This document shows, piece by piece, positions 23,401-35,174 of a DNA stretch of 64,000 bases. Under the pieces are notes generated by a model. The model was not told the origin of the DNA. It was given only the letters and a program-made list of their open reading frames with translations, and ran no database searches. The stretch lies in the NCBI GenBank assembly GCA_051362555.1, contig CM120642.1, forward strand, positions 23,932,001-23,996,000, written 5' to 3'. How positions within the stretch are numbered: position 1 is the stretch's first letter; each line of letters begins with the position of its first letter. The position numbers were made by a program, and so were the translations under genes. This stretch comes from Lingula anatina (taxonomy: Eukaryota; Animalia; Brachiopoda).

Positions 23401-26400
23401 TAATTTATTTTGACAGAATCAATTCATTAAAAAATGTCCCAGTTCACTCGCCTGTCTCCAGTAGGTGTGAAGCTGAGCGCTCCAGTCTTCACGATAAAGC
23501 CTGTCAAACATTGCCCAATCCAGTAAAACTTTCTCCAGCCTGTTAGTGTCTCCTAGCTCTATCAGGTGAAAGGGAAGCTCCTGTGATATAAAGAAAAGCC
23601 ACGTTTAACCACAGAATTTCAACATGTAAAAATAAGTACAATGGAGTACAATCTTTAATCTTTTTCAATATTTAATGATACTTTCTGTTGATAAAGTATT
23701 CAATTATAGCTCTTTGACCATCAAAATTTTATAGGAAGAACAAAATTTTATTAAGTGGTAATGTAGAAAAAATATTTGAAGAACAAAATTTTATTAAGTT
23801 GTAATGTTGAAAGAATATTTGAGAAATTTTATCAGTTTGTTGCTGATATCAAATCGCAAATCTCTATGGACTGAACAGCACAAATGATGCCTGTTGACAT
23901 CAGTGCAGGCATTGCACACATGCGTATCTGTATCTTGAATAACACTTACAAACAAAATACCATTTGCAATATAGATAAAACAATCTTGCAACCCAGCACT
24001 GAACACTGGTTTACTTTACCTCTTCCTTTCGTTCTATATTATCCAAACCCAAGAAGAAGTCAGCAAGTTTGCTATGCCACCACCTGTACAGTTTCTTTGT
24101 GTTAGTATCACATCCCTCTTCAGATTGCCCATTGAAGTACCTTTAAGTTTGCAAATAAAATAGGTTTGACTACTGAAGTACCTAATTAAGCAAATAAATC
24201 AGGTTTGAAGGTTGAAGTACCTTGAAAAAATAATGAGATTTCAAATATTGTTGTAAAGTAATTAGTAAACTAAGAAGCATCTTTTGCTGTTTTTGTTTCC
24301 AGAAGCCAAATCACAGCTGTCAGGGAATTTTTGCCTCCATATTTCAAAATCCAACTGCATGCCAAGTGAAGCATGGCTGTTCTAAGAAATTCCCAGTATA
24401 AAAAAAAAAAAATTCCACCATTTGTGATGCCAAAAAGAGTGCATAAAACCACATTACTGTTTTATTAATGGAAAAAATCTTGATATACTTCTGTCTTATG
24501 GCCTTGCTAAGTGTCCTGTGATAAAAATCCAGTCGTCCTTCTCCACTTTGGCCGTAGGGACGAAGAAATGGCCTGAGTACTCTGTATACTGAAGCCCACT
24601 TGAAGTAGCTCAGCTGCCCTCTAGCTGCCCCTTTCTGTGTTGCTGATCGTTTCTCTGGGGCATCTCTGGCACCTGAGTCGAATACCATGACACAATTTAA
24701 AGTACAACCAATAGAAATGGAAATTTAATCTTATCCTGGACGCTAACGTACTGGCAACAGCTTTAATGTGCAGTGAGAGATATAATTTCCATTTTTTTTT
24801 TTTTAATTTTAATTTTGTTTTAAAAAACAACAGGATGAAGCAATACACAAGTAAGTACCTTAAAAGTTAAGTGCATGTATTGTACCAAGAATATGAGGGA
24901 AGGCATATAATAATTGTAAACTGTAATTGTCCATCAATATTTATAAGACTCCATGCCAGTAAATAATTTTTTTTAACTGAACCCTTTATATCATTCAGCC
25001 ATGGCAAATAGTCAGCAAAATCTGTGACAATCTAGAAAATATCATGGTACAGTGTTATTAAATGCCTAATCCGTTTATAAGGCCTGCAGTCTCTACATTA
25101 AGAAATCTCACCCTTTTCAGCCCCACTAGATGGAGGCATGAGGTTTTCTTCATCTGACAGGAGAATTAGAAGTTCAGACTCCAGGAGCCCGCCCTTGGAC
25201 ACCTCAATCATGCACAGGGTGGCAATCAACAGGTTGCCGCCAGCTTCTCTCTCAAACCTCTCTAAAACTTGGGACAGTAACCTGAAACAGAAACATTTCA
25301 ATTTTACTATAACTAAAAAAAAAAAAAAAAAAAAAAAAGACAGAAAAATAACTGGAAGAAGTAAAAATTTTAACAAAATGATGTCATTTATGTTTAAGAA
25401 AAAAATACTAGAAGAAGAAAAATTTTTAAAGCTTACATAATTTGAACCAAAACAAATAATTAACTACAAAAATAATAAAATGCACAAAGGAAACTTTTCT
25501 ATTTTTAAATCATTATTAGCCAACGCCGCATAAAATGCAAACATAATGTACATTTTCAACAATAAGGCTGTCCATCAACATCAATCAGTCTACTTCCATT
25601 TCAACTTTGACCTGATGTGAACACAGCCTCAGCTGCCAACACCCACCCTGGCAGTTCCTCCTTCAAACTTTTAATCTTCTCCGTCACAGTGAAGAAGTCC
25701 CCGTGCACGCGCAGCTCCTCTAATGCAATGGACAGCCAGAGTGGATTATTAGTGGACGGTTTATTCATCAGTAAATTGAACTGACTCGGATCAAGTTGTT
25801 TGTTGTAGGTGGAAAAGAATGTCTGGACAATTTCCTAAAATTAAAAGATAATCTTACATCTATATGTATAAAGGTTTCATTTCCAAACAGAAAAGGGATA
25901 GTCAATACAGGAATTTAAACAAGGATATCAAGGCTTACATGTATTTTAGTTCCAAGAATGGGTCTCTCATCTTAATCTCTCAACTCCTACTGCACAAATT
26001 TCCCTTGGTACTTTTAGAAGTTTTATAAAATTCTATACAGTTTTCCACAAAATACAGTATCCATCCTCCTCATGGCTTCTTAAAAACGTCATTCTTTATT
26101 TATGCAGGACAGACAGGAGGAAAAAACCTGGGTCTCCTTGCATTTTTTAAAGAATTTTTTATTCTTTTTTATTAACACTATCAACATTTTGACCTGGTGG
26201 AGGTCAAACATCTGGGAGTGGCCTATAATAACCACACCTATGTACTCACCTCTCTAGCTTTCATATCCAGGGGCTGCACAGGGAGTTCTTTGGGTTGGCT
26301 CTCCCGTTTCATCAGGGCCTTGTGTTGAGGGGTCCCCGGGATCATGGAGAACACACAGCGGACATTTGGGGACAGTTTTGGGGGCACAAACAGCATGTTT

Positions 26401-29400
26401 AATGCAGGGTCATCATCATCCATCTGTTATACAAAAAAAAAAAAAAAAAAAAAAATTAGAAAAAAATTATAATACATAAATGTGATCAATTCAAACAAGT
26501 TAACACTGATATTTTAATATCTAAACTATAAACTATATCATTCGTCCATCTAAAAACTGTTAAAGAGTTTGGTGCTGTATTAAAAAAAAATTGAATTTTG
26601 ATTAACTATGGTAGATGATTTGAAAATAAATAAATATTAAATAAATGTTAATTTCAGCATATTGTTTTCATTCAGTCGATATTCCCTAAATTTGTGTCAT
26701 CAAAACTGAGATACAAATAAGCAACAGTCATAACCTCATTGAACAACCCACTTCACTTGGTACATGTGGTGAAGTTCTCAAAATAATATTTCCTATAATA
26801 TTCCCAGATACGTTTCAATGCCTCTCAAGGACACATGCATGACACAGTGACATCAGTGTAGACTGTAGATGATGTCAGATTGCCATGGCAACATATCTGT
26901 GAGTATCATGAACAATTATATTATTTTGTGACAAAAGAACAATGTGTACCGGTACATGTCCACATTACCAAACTGATGCAGCTATTTCAACAAAACACTC
27001 GTACCTGATTCAGAGCATCGATCAAAATCACCACAGGCTTGGTGCTGGTGTTGGAGAGAATACTGAAACACAGCTGACTTGCCGACTCCAGGTCTTTTGG
27101 CAGTTGGCTGTCATCCTGAGAAAAATGAGACAAATTGTTTATAGGTAAATCCTCCTCTGTTTGTGTATATGCTCTGCTTGGGGAACCGTAAGGATTTGAA
27201 AATACATTTGTATAACTGATTTTTTAAAATTTTGATTTACATTTTCACAAATACTAATTCTGTAAGCAATGAATGGCCAGGTGCAAAACATACACAAAAT
27301 CAAACACAGTTTAAATGTCAAAACAAATGAGAGTTTGTACTAGGAAGTATGAACATAAATTTTTTTCTAGTTAAAATACTCCTACAGCCAAGACAAAAAT
27401 TTATGAGATATCTTTACTCAAAACCCCTTTATTCATAAAACTTATGCAGATGTCTCACTGCTCTCTATCCATTAATCAAATGCCCAGCAATATTTTAAAA
27501 TATAGCTTCATTTTCATAAGCTAAGCTGCCAAAGCTGACAACAAAACAAATTATTCTTTGACGAACCAGTTTGAGATATCAAACATAATCCATCACGTTT
27601 CACGGTGTAAATCATTGTAAATGTTAAGCAAAAATATAATGTTCATGTGTGATTGTATCATTATACTTACTGTGATGACTCCCAGTTCTTTCAGGAGACG
27701 GTGAATCATGGGCTCAGCATCCGTGGAGCCAGGAACTGCGCCAACAAAGTGGTAGAAGATGTGCCATTGCTGTCCTCCCCCACTGGAAAAAATGTTTTTA
27801 TTACTATTCACTTGTCTTTTTTTAAAGGTTTTTTTTTTTTGCCTATTTTTGAGGTGAAGAGGGGAGTGGGGGCTTAGGCTGGGGTTTGCATCTATTCCAG
27901 AGTACTTATTAAGCAGAAATAGTCAAAATGATGTTACTGACTGAGGAGATCATATACCTACGAGGAAGACAAAAAGAGATTCCATTGTGCTTTCAAATCT
28001 ATCATCTCGTTCTGATGTAAAAAAGTATTCAATGTGTAAGGCTATATCCCAATAAAAAAAAACAGTCTCTATATATCATATACTTACCCTTTTATTTCCC
28101 CCAGTTTGGCCTTGTCTTCTATTATGTCTGCCACTCTCGCCATGACAGATGATTTCCCAGAACCAGGCTCTCCCAGCACTAATAATGGGACATCACGCTC
28201 TCCCTCAGCAACATACTGGATGATCTGGTTGAAAGATAAAAGAGGATCATTACCTGCTTGGCCTAGTGTCCTGACCCAGTTTCACAAAAGAGAAAATTAT
28301 ATAAAAAACATTATAAATATAACCTTCCCATAAATATACTGCATCATATTTTAAAGGACTTCATAACTTCTAAAAAGAAAGGGTTTCAAATGATTTTCTC
28401 ATTACTGTCTACTATCTAATCAATCTTTTTCTTATAAATATTCTAAAGAAATATAAGAAAAATTAGAAAAATATTACTGTTCAGGATCTCTGGGCAAGAA
28501 AACAAGACCTTTATGTATTTATTTGAACAAAGTACTAACATGATGCTCTGATTCAACTCCCAACAAAAAATTGTAGAATTTTAATTTTTTTTTCCAACGA
28601 TTAAAAAATTATTTTCTCCAAATTCAATCAATCTTCCCACCTGGTCCACCAGTGCATCTCTCCCAAGCACAATCTCACTTTTGTTCTTCATGAAAGCCTC
28701 CTGAGCATCGTGGGCCAGCTGGTATTTGTCTGTCGTTTGTTCCTTCAGAGCCGACATCGGATATTGCTCACTTATACGCTCCTTGAAAAAATCCTCCACC
28801 TGAAGAATAAGTCTTAAAAAATGAACAAAAATCCAGTCTGCGGAAAAGGGGCAGGGGCTTGTGTTGCCTTTGTAAAAAGTCCGCTCTGAATAAAAATTTA
28901 TAAAAATGAATAAGGCTCTATGCCATTTCATAAAACCTACTGATATTGCTGAATACAGAGCTGTAATTACAAGGTAAAAGCATCAGTGACACAATATAGT
29001 CTGAAGTCAGGAGTCATCTGGATTCTACTAACACAGGTTTAAGTCCACTAATAATGAATATTCCAACCTCGACTTACCCTTTCTTTGAAAGTGTCAGACA
29101 CTTTCAGCCTCGGCTTCCCTTTTTCATCAGGTCCTACATATTCTGCTGAATACACCAACACACGCTCAGCCTGAAAAAATTAATTTCAGTAAATTAGTTT
29201 GCAAAATTTGCTGATTAACATAAAAAATGCAAGTGCCTTTTCAAAAGCAACAAAGTCATGTTTCATATTGAAAGTGAGACCAGCTGGCAGGAAGGATCTG
29301 ATTCTTTTGCTTCCCTCTTCTTTGTTTATATCTATATTTTCACTGTGCATTTTGTATAAGATCTTTCTTGCATTTCAGATCATTTATAAAGATGAACTTA

Positions 29401-31499
29401 AAAAGTTTCACACTCATAAACAGCTAGTGGTACATTTTTACACTTGAATATCAATTACTATGAAAAAAATCTCATAGATATACAACAAGCAATCATTTGA
29501 AAAATAAGGTGCTAAATTAAATATAAAATAAAGGTCACCTCAAGAAGCAAAGTAGTCATAAAAAGTTTGCAGTAGCTGTACATGTTGAATCTTAATACAA
29601 GAATTTACCATATATGATCTGGAGGTAAAGAAGTCCTCTTCAGGTAATGGTGGCAGTAAGCTAGGTTTTGCAAATGACACACATTCAGAAGAACCCCTTG
29701 TGTATCAGGAAAAAAATTGAGGTTTGACAGTGAAACAGAAAATCAAGACAATCTTATAAGTTATTAGTGTATTACATCTTAAAGAACGGAAAGGGGGAAA
29801 GCAAAATTCTTGAATAAAATTTTTAGTAAGACGACATTTTTGTTTGATAATATAAGATGTTAGGTATTGAACCACACACTACAAAGAGCTTAAAAGTACT
29901 ACTTTTTAAAGTATGTTACATGGAAACTTGACTGAAATTAGGGGCACAGAAACAAAATACTGTAAAATAAAACAGAGATCTGAAATATAGTGGAACGATA
30001 GAACTACAGTGATGTGTTCTATTAGGATAAAAGATCAAAAATCCATACTGACAAGAAAAATAAACAGATTCTTCACTCTTACTTACTGGAAATCTTTCTT
30101 GAATTTTTCCTTTCAAAACAGTCATTTTTTGTTGGTGATGCTTAGCTTGGTCATCACTGTCGTCCAAAAAGCGCTTCGCATGCTCAGTTGGCATTGTTTG
30201 TAGGAAACTAGTGTCCCTCAGCATAAAGATAGCTGAAATTTAAAAAAAAAAATAGGTTTGTAATATCTTTTGTTTGTTTAAAAGGATGAATAATTAAGTA
30301 GAAAGATTATGATCACACAAGTGGTGCATTGCAAATAATTGCTGGATAAATGCTCAAATTCCATCAAAATTACCAGCTCCACTTTATATACATGTAGGCC
30401 GTTGATATTTGCCCGAAAGCCAACTACATATATATTCTGCCACTTGTGTTTTAAGCTGCAGATCGAAGAAGTACTTACAATTTGGATTGATCCTCTTGTA
30501 TGCTGCATGAACAATCTCCATCTCTGTGACTGAAAGTCCATAAAACAAGCGATAGTGGTCCAGGAGATTGGAGGGGACATCACCATCCTTTACAACCCAT
30601 CCAACTCGCTCACTGAGAATAAATAAATAAATAACTAGAAAAGCGCTCCGAGAGGGCAGACCTCTGCTAAGGCAGCGATTTTTTATTATTATTGATTATT
30701 GATCCAGATCACCACCAAAAACTAATCACTTCTAAGTTAACCCATTTCCCACCTACCCTGAAAATTTCATCAAAATCGGTCCATAACTTTTTGAGTTATG
30801 TTGATGACAAACAAATAGACAGACAGACAAACAGGGGTGAAAACATAACCTCCTTGGCAGAGGTAAATATATAGCTACTATCAGCAAAGCAAATTATGAA
30901 AGATAGGGAACATATAAAGAAAACTCTGAATCCAACTACGCATCAAGAAAACTTTACCTATCCAGAATTTAATTTCTATTATATAATAAATATTCCACAT
31001 GTTTAAATCAGGAGTTTATAACAATCAAATGAAACAAATTAAAATTATGATTTCAAAATTATAATTTCAAGTTTCATGTGACAATGAAAAGCTGTTGAAA
31101 TAAGTTTTTTATTGATATATAATACATTGGTATATATTGGTTTGTTTAAACAATAGCCATGTTCCTGCCACACACACCCTCTCAGCATCCTAAATGTACA
31201 GTTTAATCCCTTCAAAGTACATATAAAACATATCATGGCAACTTCTCTTCAGTGAGCTCTATATACATGTAGCACGAAAATGAACATTGGGTAATAGTAT
31301 CACATCAGTATGAGATTAAGATAACACTATCTATTTGCACCCGAAAAAAAATCCTATCTGAGTTGGGAAGAACTCACCTGAGCATATTAATGAAGTAGGG
31401 CATAGTGTTCTCCTTGACACACCTGTCAATTTCTTCAAGACAGGTTCTCAAGACGAGCTCATTCGATGTATTCTTAGGTACTCCCTAATATATAAACAC

Positions 31500-31561
<62 letters not shown>

Positions 31562-32667
31562 GATCCTCATTATCATCAACATCATCACCATCTTCATCAT
31601 CATCATCATTATTATTATTATTATTGTTGTTGTTGCTGTTGTTTTTGTTATTATCATAATTATTATTATAAAAACAATAAACTATTAAAAGGAAGCCATA
31701 CTATATTAGATAGCAAAAAAGGAAATTTCTGATTCAGAGCAGATCATTTCTTAATACTCCTGACTGCCCCCTTAACTCTTCCCCTACATACACACACACA
31801 CATACACACGCACGCACGCACACCCGCATGCACGAACGCGCACACACACGGCTACAGTATCAAGTGTACTAACCCATCTGAGATCACATTCCACAAGATG
31901 CAGACGCCTCTCTTGGCACCAAACTCTCAAGTCTGGAAACACCTGTAAAGATGGCTGACATTGTAATTTTCAAAAAGTTCCTATAATTTTTCATATGACA
32001 TCTTACCTAAAATGTGATAACTTGAAAGTTTTAAAAGCAAGCACGAATGAATTTGTCTACGGTTAGAGCAGCATGCAAGTTTCAATAATTTTGAATTTTT
32101 TTTAGAGACTTAATTAAAACAAAAATGTGATGAGTAATATTAAAATTTATATAGATGGTCCAAGTTTCTGTAATTTATTCAAACAATCTTCCTATGGAAA
32201 TCTGACTGAAGATATAATATATGCCAAGGAATATAATGCACATGCCCCTATCCAAAACTTTAAAGTACAAGTAATACTGATTATGATTGTATAAATTTTA
32301 GGTAAAAATTGCTATTTTCTTAAACAAACAAACAAACAAAAAATTACAATTAGCAAATCATAGAAAATCACTTAATATATAAATGAACTGATCATACCTC
32401 TTTCACTAGGACTTCCCTTTCGGCATTAAAATCTTTAAAAGTGGACGACACAAATATACGGACTGTCTTCCATCCTGTCCTCCTTTCTGGGAGGATGTTA
32501 ACTTTGGTGCCATGTTTAACAAAATCCTCAGCCTTAGCCAAAGCATGCCATGTCTTTGCTATGTCAGCAAAATCAAAGTTAGAAGCTGGTTTTGATGCAA
32601 GAGGTGCATAGCCTGAGCGAGCTCCAGGAGCCAAGCCTGTGGTACCTGTAGATGCACCACAACCCAT
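20452..32667 (-). CDS. DUF4062-like / NACHT (STAND NTPase) / TPR protein of the telomerase protein component 1-like / NPHP3-like group, ~1059 aa
   Basis: 22 phase-consistent coding exons: 32667-32398, 31942-31874, 31484-31378, 30612-30479, 30232-30087, 29170-29078, 28799-28641, 28224-28088, 27782-27671, 27115-27005, 26423-26250, 25834-25647, 25281-25112, 24672-24489, 24140-24020, 23580-23452, 22952-22834, 22229-22094, 21755-21633, 21422-21279, 20971-20891, 20724-20452 (3180 nt). DUF4062-like VRIFVSSTFKDFNAERE..DLRWGV..CLEEIDRC..SVTEMEI. Walker A GEPGSGKS (28173-28150). Walker B VVILIDALNQ. NPLWL..EELR. C-terminal TPR-like VEIYGPKHPMT. Confidence 0.9.
21893..22066. mobile_element. hAT-like MITE with 5-bp TSD
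   Basis: CAGGCCTGTAGCC / GGCTACGGGCCTG; TSD TGGTT. Confidence 0.75.
22436..22746. mobile_element. PIF/Harbinger-like MITE with long internal inverted repeats
   Basis: TIR GGGACCATTCAGAATGA / TCATTCTGAATGGTCCC; ATA on both flanks. The inverted arms continue imperfectly for more than 100 bp. Confidence 0.75.
30633..30866. mobile_element. Non-autonomous Helentron/HINE-like element
   Basis: Starts AACTAGAAAAGCGCTCCGAGAG; subterminal inverted repeat ACCTCTGCTAAGG / CCTTGGCAGAGGT; internal (ACAG)n. A second copy lies at 47715-47960. Confidence 0.65.
31499..31660. repeat. Compound trinucleotide microsatellite (AAT)n/(CAT)n/(TTG)n
   Basis: Read directly; lies next to the acceptor of the NACHT gene exon 31484-31378. 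Confidence 0.95.
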
Positions 32668-33191
32668 AGAGAAGCCTATAAAATAAATAAGACTGGCTAA
32701 AGGGAAGTTTATGAGAATGCAAACAAGCACGGAAATGAATTTCCCATGCAGGCACTGTGCGTGGTCTTTATCAACTTTTCAATACTCTAACAAAATGAGA
32801 GAGAATGCCTTCAGAATGAGATCTTACAGGGTCAGTGTCTCTTTTTCTGATTTTCAATATGGACATGTGTACAATTTGCTTGAATAATGTGACATTCACC
32901 CCTCCTCTCCCCACCACTGGTGTATTTGATGCAGAAATGTAACAAACTGGGTTAACTCACCCATGCAGCAAGATGTAGATATTACATAGATTTAAAACAA
33001 CGCATATTTTTTGATTGATATCTGAATTTGTTTCAAAGTTATGTCACTCCAAATATGTGACTAGCTTTAACAACAAATAAAATAAAATAAAATAAGTACT
33101 TGTATTCCAATGTTTTGGGAACATTCGTGCTTTGAGTGTTTGTAATACTTTTATGCACCACTGCAGTGATCAAAGAATTACCAATACCACA

Positions 33192-33247
<56 letters not shown>

Positions 33248-34802
33248 CCTTACTATCAGTATTTTAATCAGTCCAACATGTACAAACTGATTTGAATATT
33301 GAACTATTAAGTTCAGAAACTCATCTTCTGAAATGAGTCGCATTAAAAAATTATACAGGATCTCTTCTGAAATGAGAGGCATTTTATATGGGATATGTGT
33401 CCTTTATTTAGAAACAAGGACGCTAACCTTGCTTTCATTTAAGCTTTAAAAATGCTTTTAAAAATGGCAACATTTTCAATGTGATAGTTGGATCCCCATC
33501 ATTAAAATATTAAAGCATTAAAGTTACAATTAAATAGCAATGGGATATAGTGAGCACTTATATTTTAGCGCACAAGCTGTCACTAGGTCACCGTGACCTA
33601 GATGTCATGTCACAGCGACTCCAAGTTCTTACTGAAATATCGACCCCTGAAATATCATATTTCTGAAACCATTTCAGACATCAATCTAAAGTTTTTGGGT
33701 TTATTTTTCTTACCTAAATGTCATCTACAAATATGTGAAAGTAAATAGGTTTGTTGGCAGAGCTAGATACGTTAATATGGAATAACTCACAGGACCCGTA
33801 GATCTACACGTATTACATAATTTACTAGCACACTTGTAAACAGGTAAACCCATGCATCATTTGCCTCATTAAACAAAGCATTATTTCAGTAAATTCATTT
33901 AACCTGATAAAACATACGCATTACTCTGTTATGATTGTAGTTTTCTAAGAAGATGCTATTTTGTGGAATACTCACGTTAACAAATCTAGTGCTTCTCGGG
34001 CAAGATTTGTTCAAACATTCCACAGACTTTATTTTCGCAATGTTTACAACGGTGTCCAAGCGTAGTCTCGATCGGAGAGTTAATCTTTTCGAACCTTTAC
34101 ATAGTATCAGGTATTATGTCATCTCAAGCGAGGCCGAAGAATGGAGAAGTATTTCTCGAGGATAATAGATGGCAGCATCACGCGGTGCTCTTGCAAGACA
34201 GAACAAAGTTTGACGCCATAGGCACACTAGTTAACGTGAATTTTTTTAAAGATTTAAAATATACTAGGTTCATGGCATTTATTTTGAGAAATTCCAGTAC
34301 TTTCAATTGTTCATTAATTGGAAAAGCTTTTTTTTACACCAGAAATCATGACAATGACAAAACTAAATTCTTGGGCCAATACACTATAGTACTAGTAGAT
34401 ATTTTAACAATTAAAATTATACTAATTATACTTAATAAAATACTAATAAACCCGATTTTGAAAGACTTTAAAATAAAAATAAATGTTAAAAATTTTTCAA
34501 CGTGACCCTTCAAATTATAAAACAGTAATATATAAGCAATAAAAAATACATTTTATTATGATATGTGAAAATGCAATTCCATCCCTATTTGTTATAAAAA
34601 TTTCATTTTGGAATAATTTTTTAATGTATTTATCAAAAATTGTATAAATTGAACTTCTCTTAGGAAGTATAGAAAGCATACAAAAACAACAAAACACACA
34701 AGTTAAATAATACTGTAACTACACTATTTATATTTTCATTAATATTCAACGATTTCTTATCTATATTTCTTCGTGACTTAGTATGATATTGTATTGCACT
34801 CC

Positions 34803-34847
<45 letters not shown>

Positions 34848-35174
34848 TTTTACAAAGTAGTATTATTAATGAATAAATTTAAAACTGAGCAAAAAGTCAA
34901 TTAAGATAAAGAAATAAGAAATACATAATAATATAATGGCCCTGTGTCTTAGTTTTTGTATGACAAAAAGTAGCATTTCATAATGAGTAGTATGGCATAC
35001 ACATTTCTAAATGTTTTCAATGAAAAATAAAAATATTTCAAATTTTTATGTTTTTTTACATACAGATTTTAATACCAATGAATTACATAATATTAAGAAG
35101 GCATGCCATAACGGTGATTTTTTAAAAGTATTAATATCAGTTTAGTAATAATATTTATTTAAGTTTGTGTCTCA

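Noticed and set aside
31448-31657. Poly-Ile/Met ORF and similar IYIYIY or CVCVCV ORFs elsewhere
   Set aside because: Translations of microsatellites.
20452-32667. Calling the gene TEP1 (telomerase component) or NPHP3
   Set aside because: No TROVE or WD40 region (TEP1), and no long coiled coil or extended TPR array (NPHP3); only the DUF4062-NACHT module is shared, so no symbol is given.
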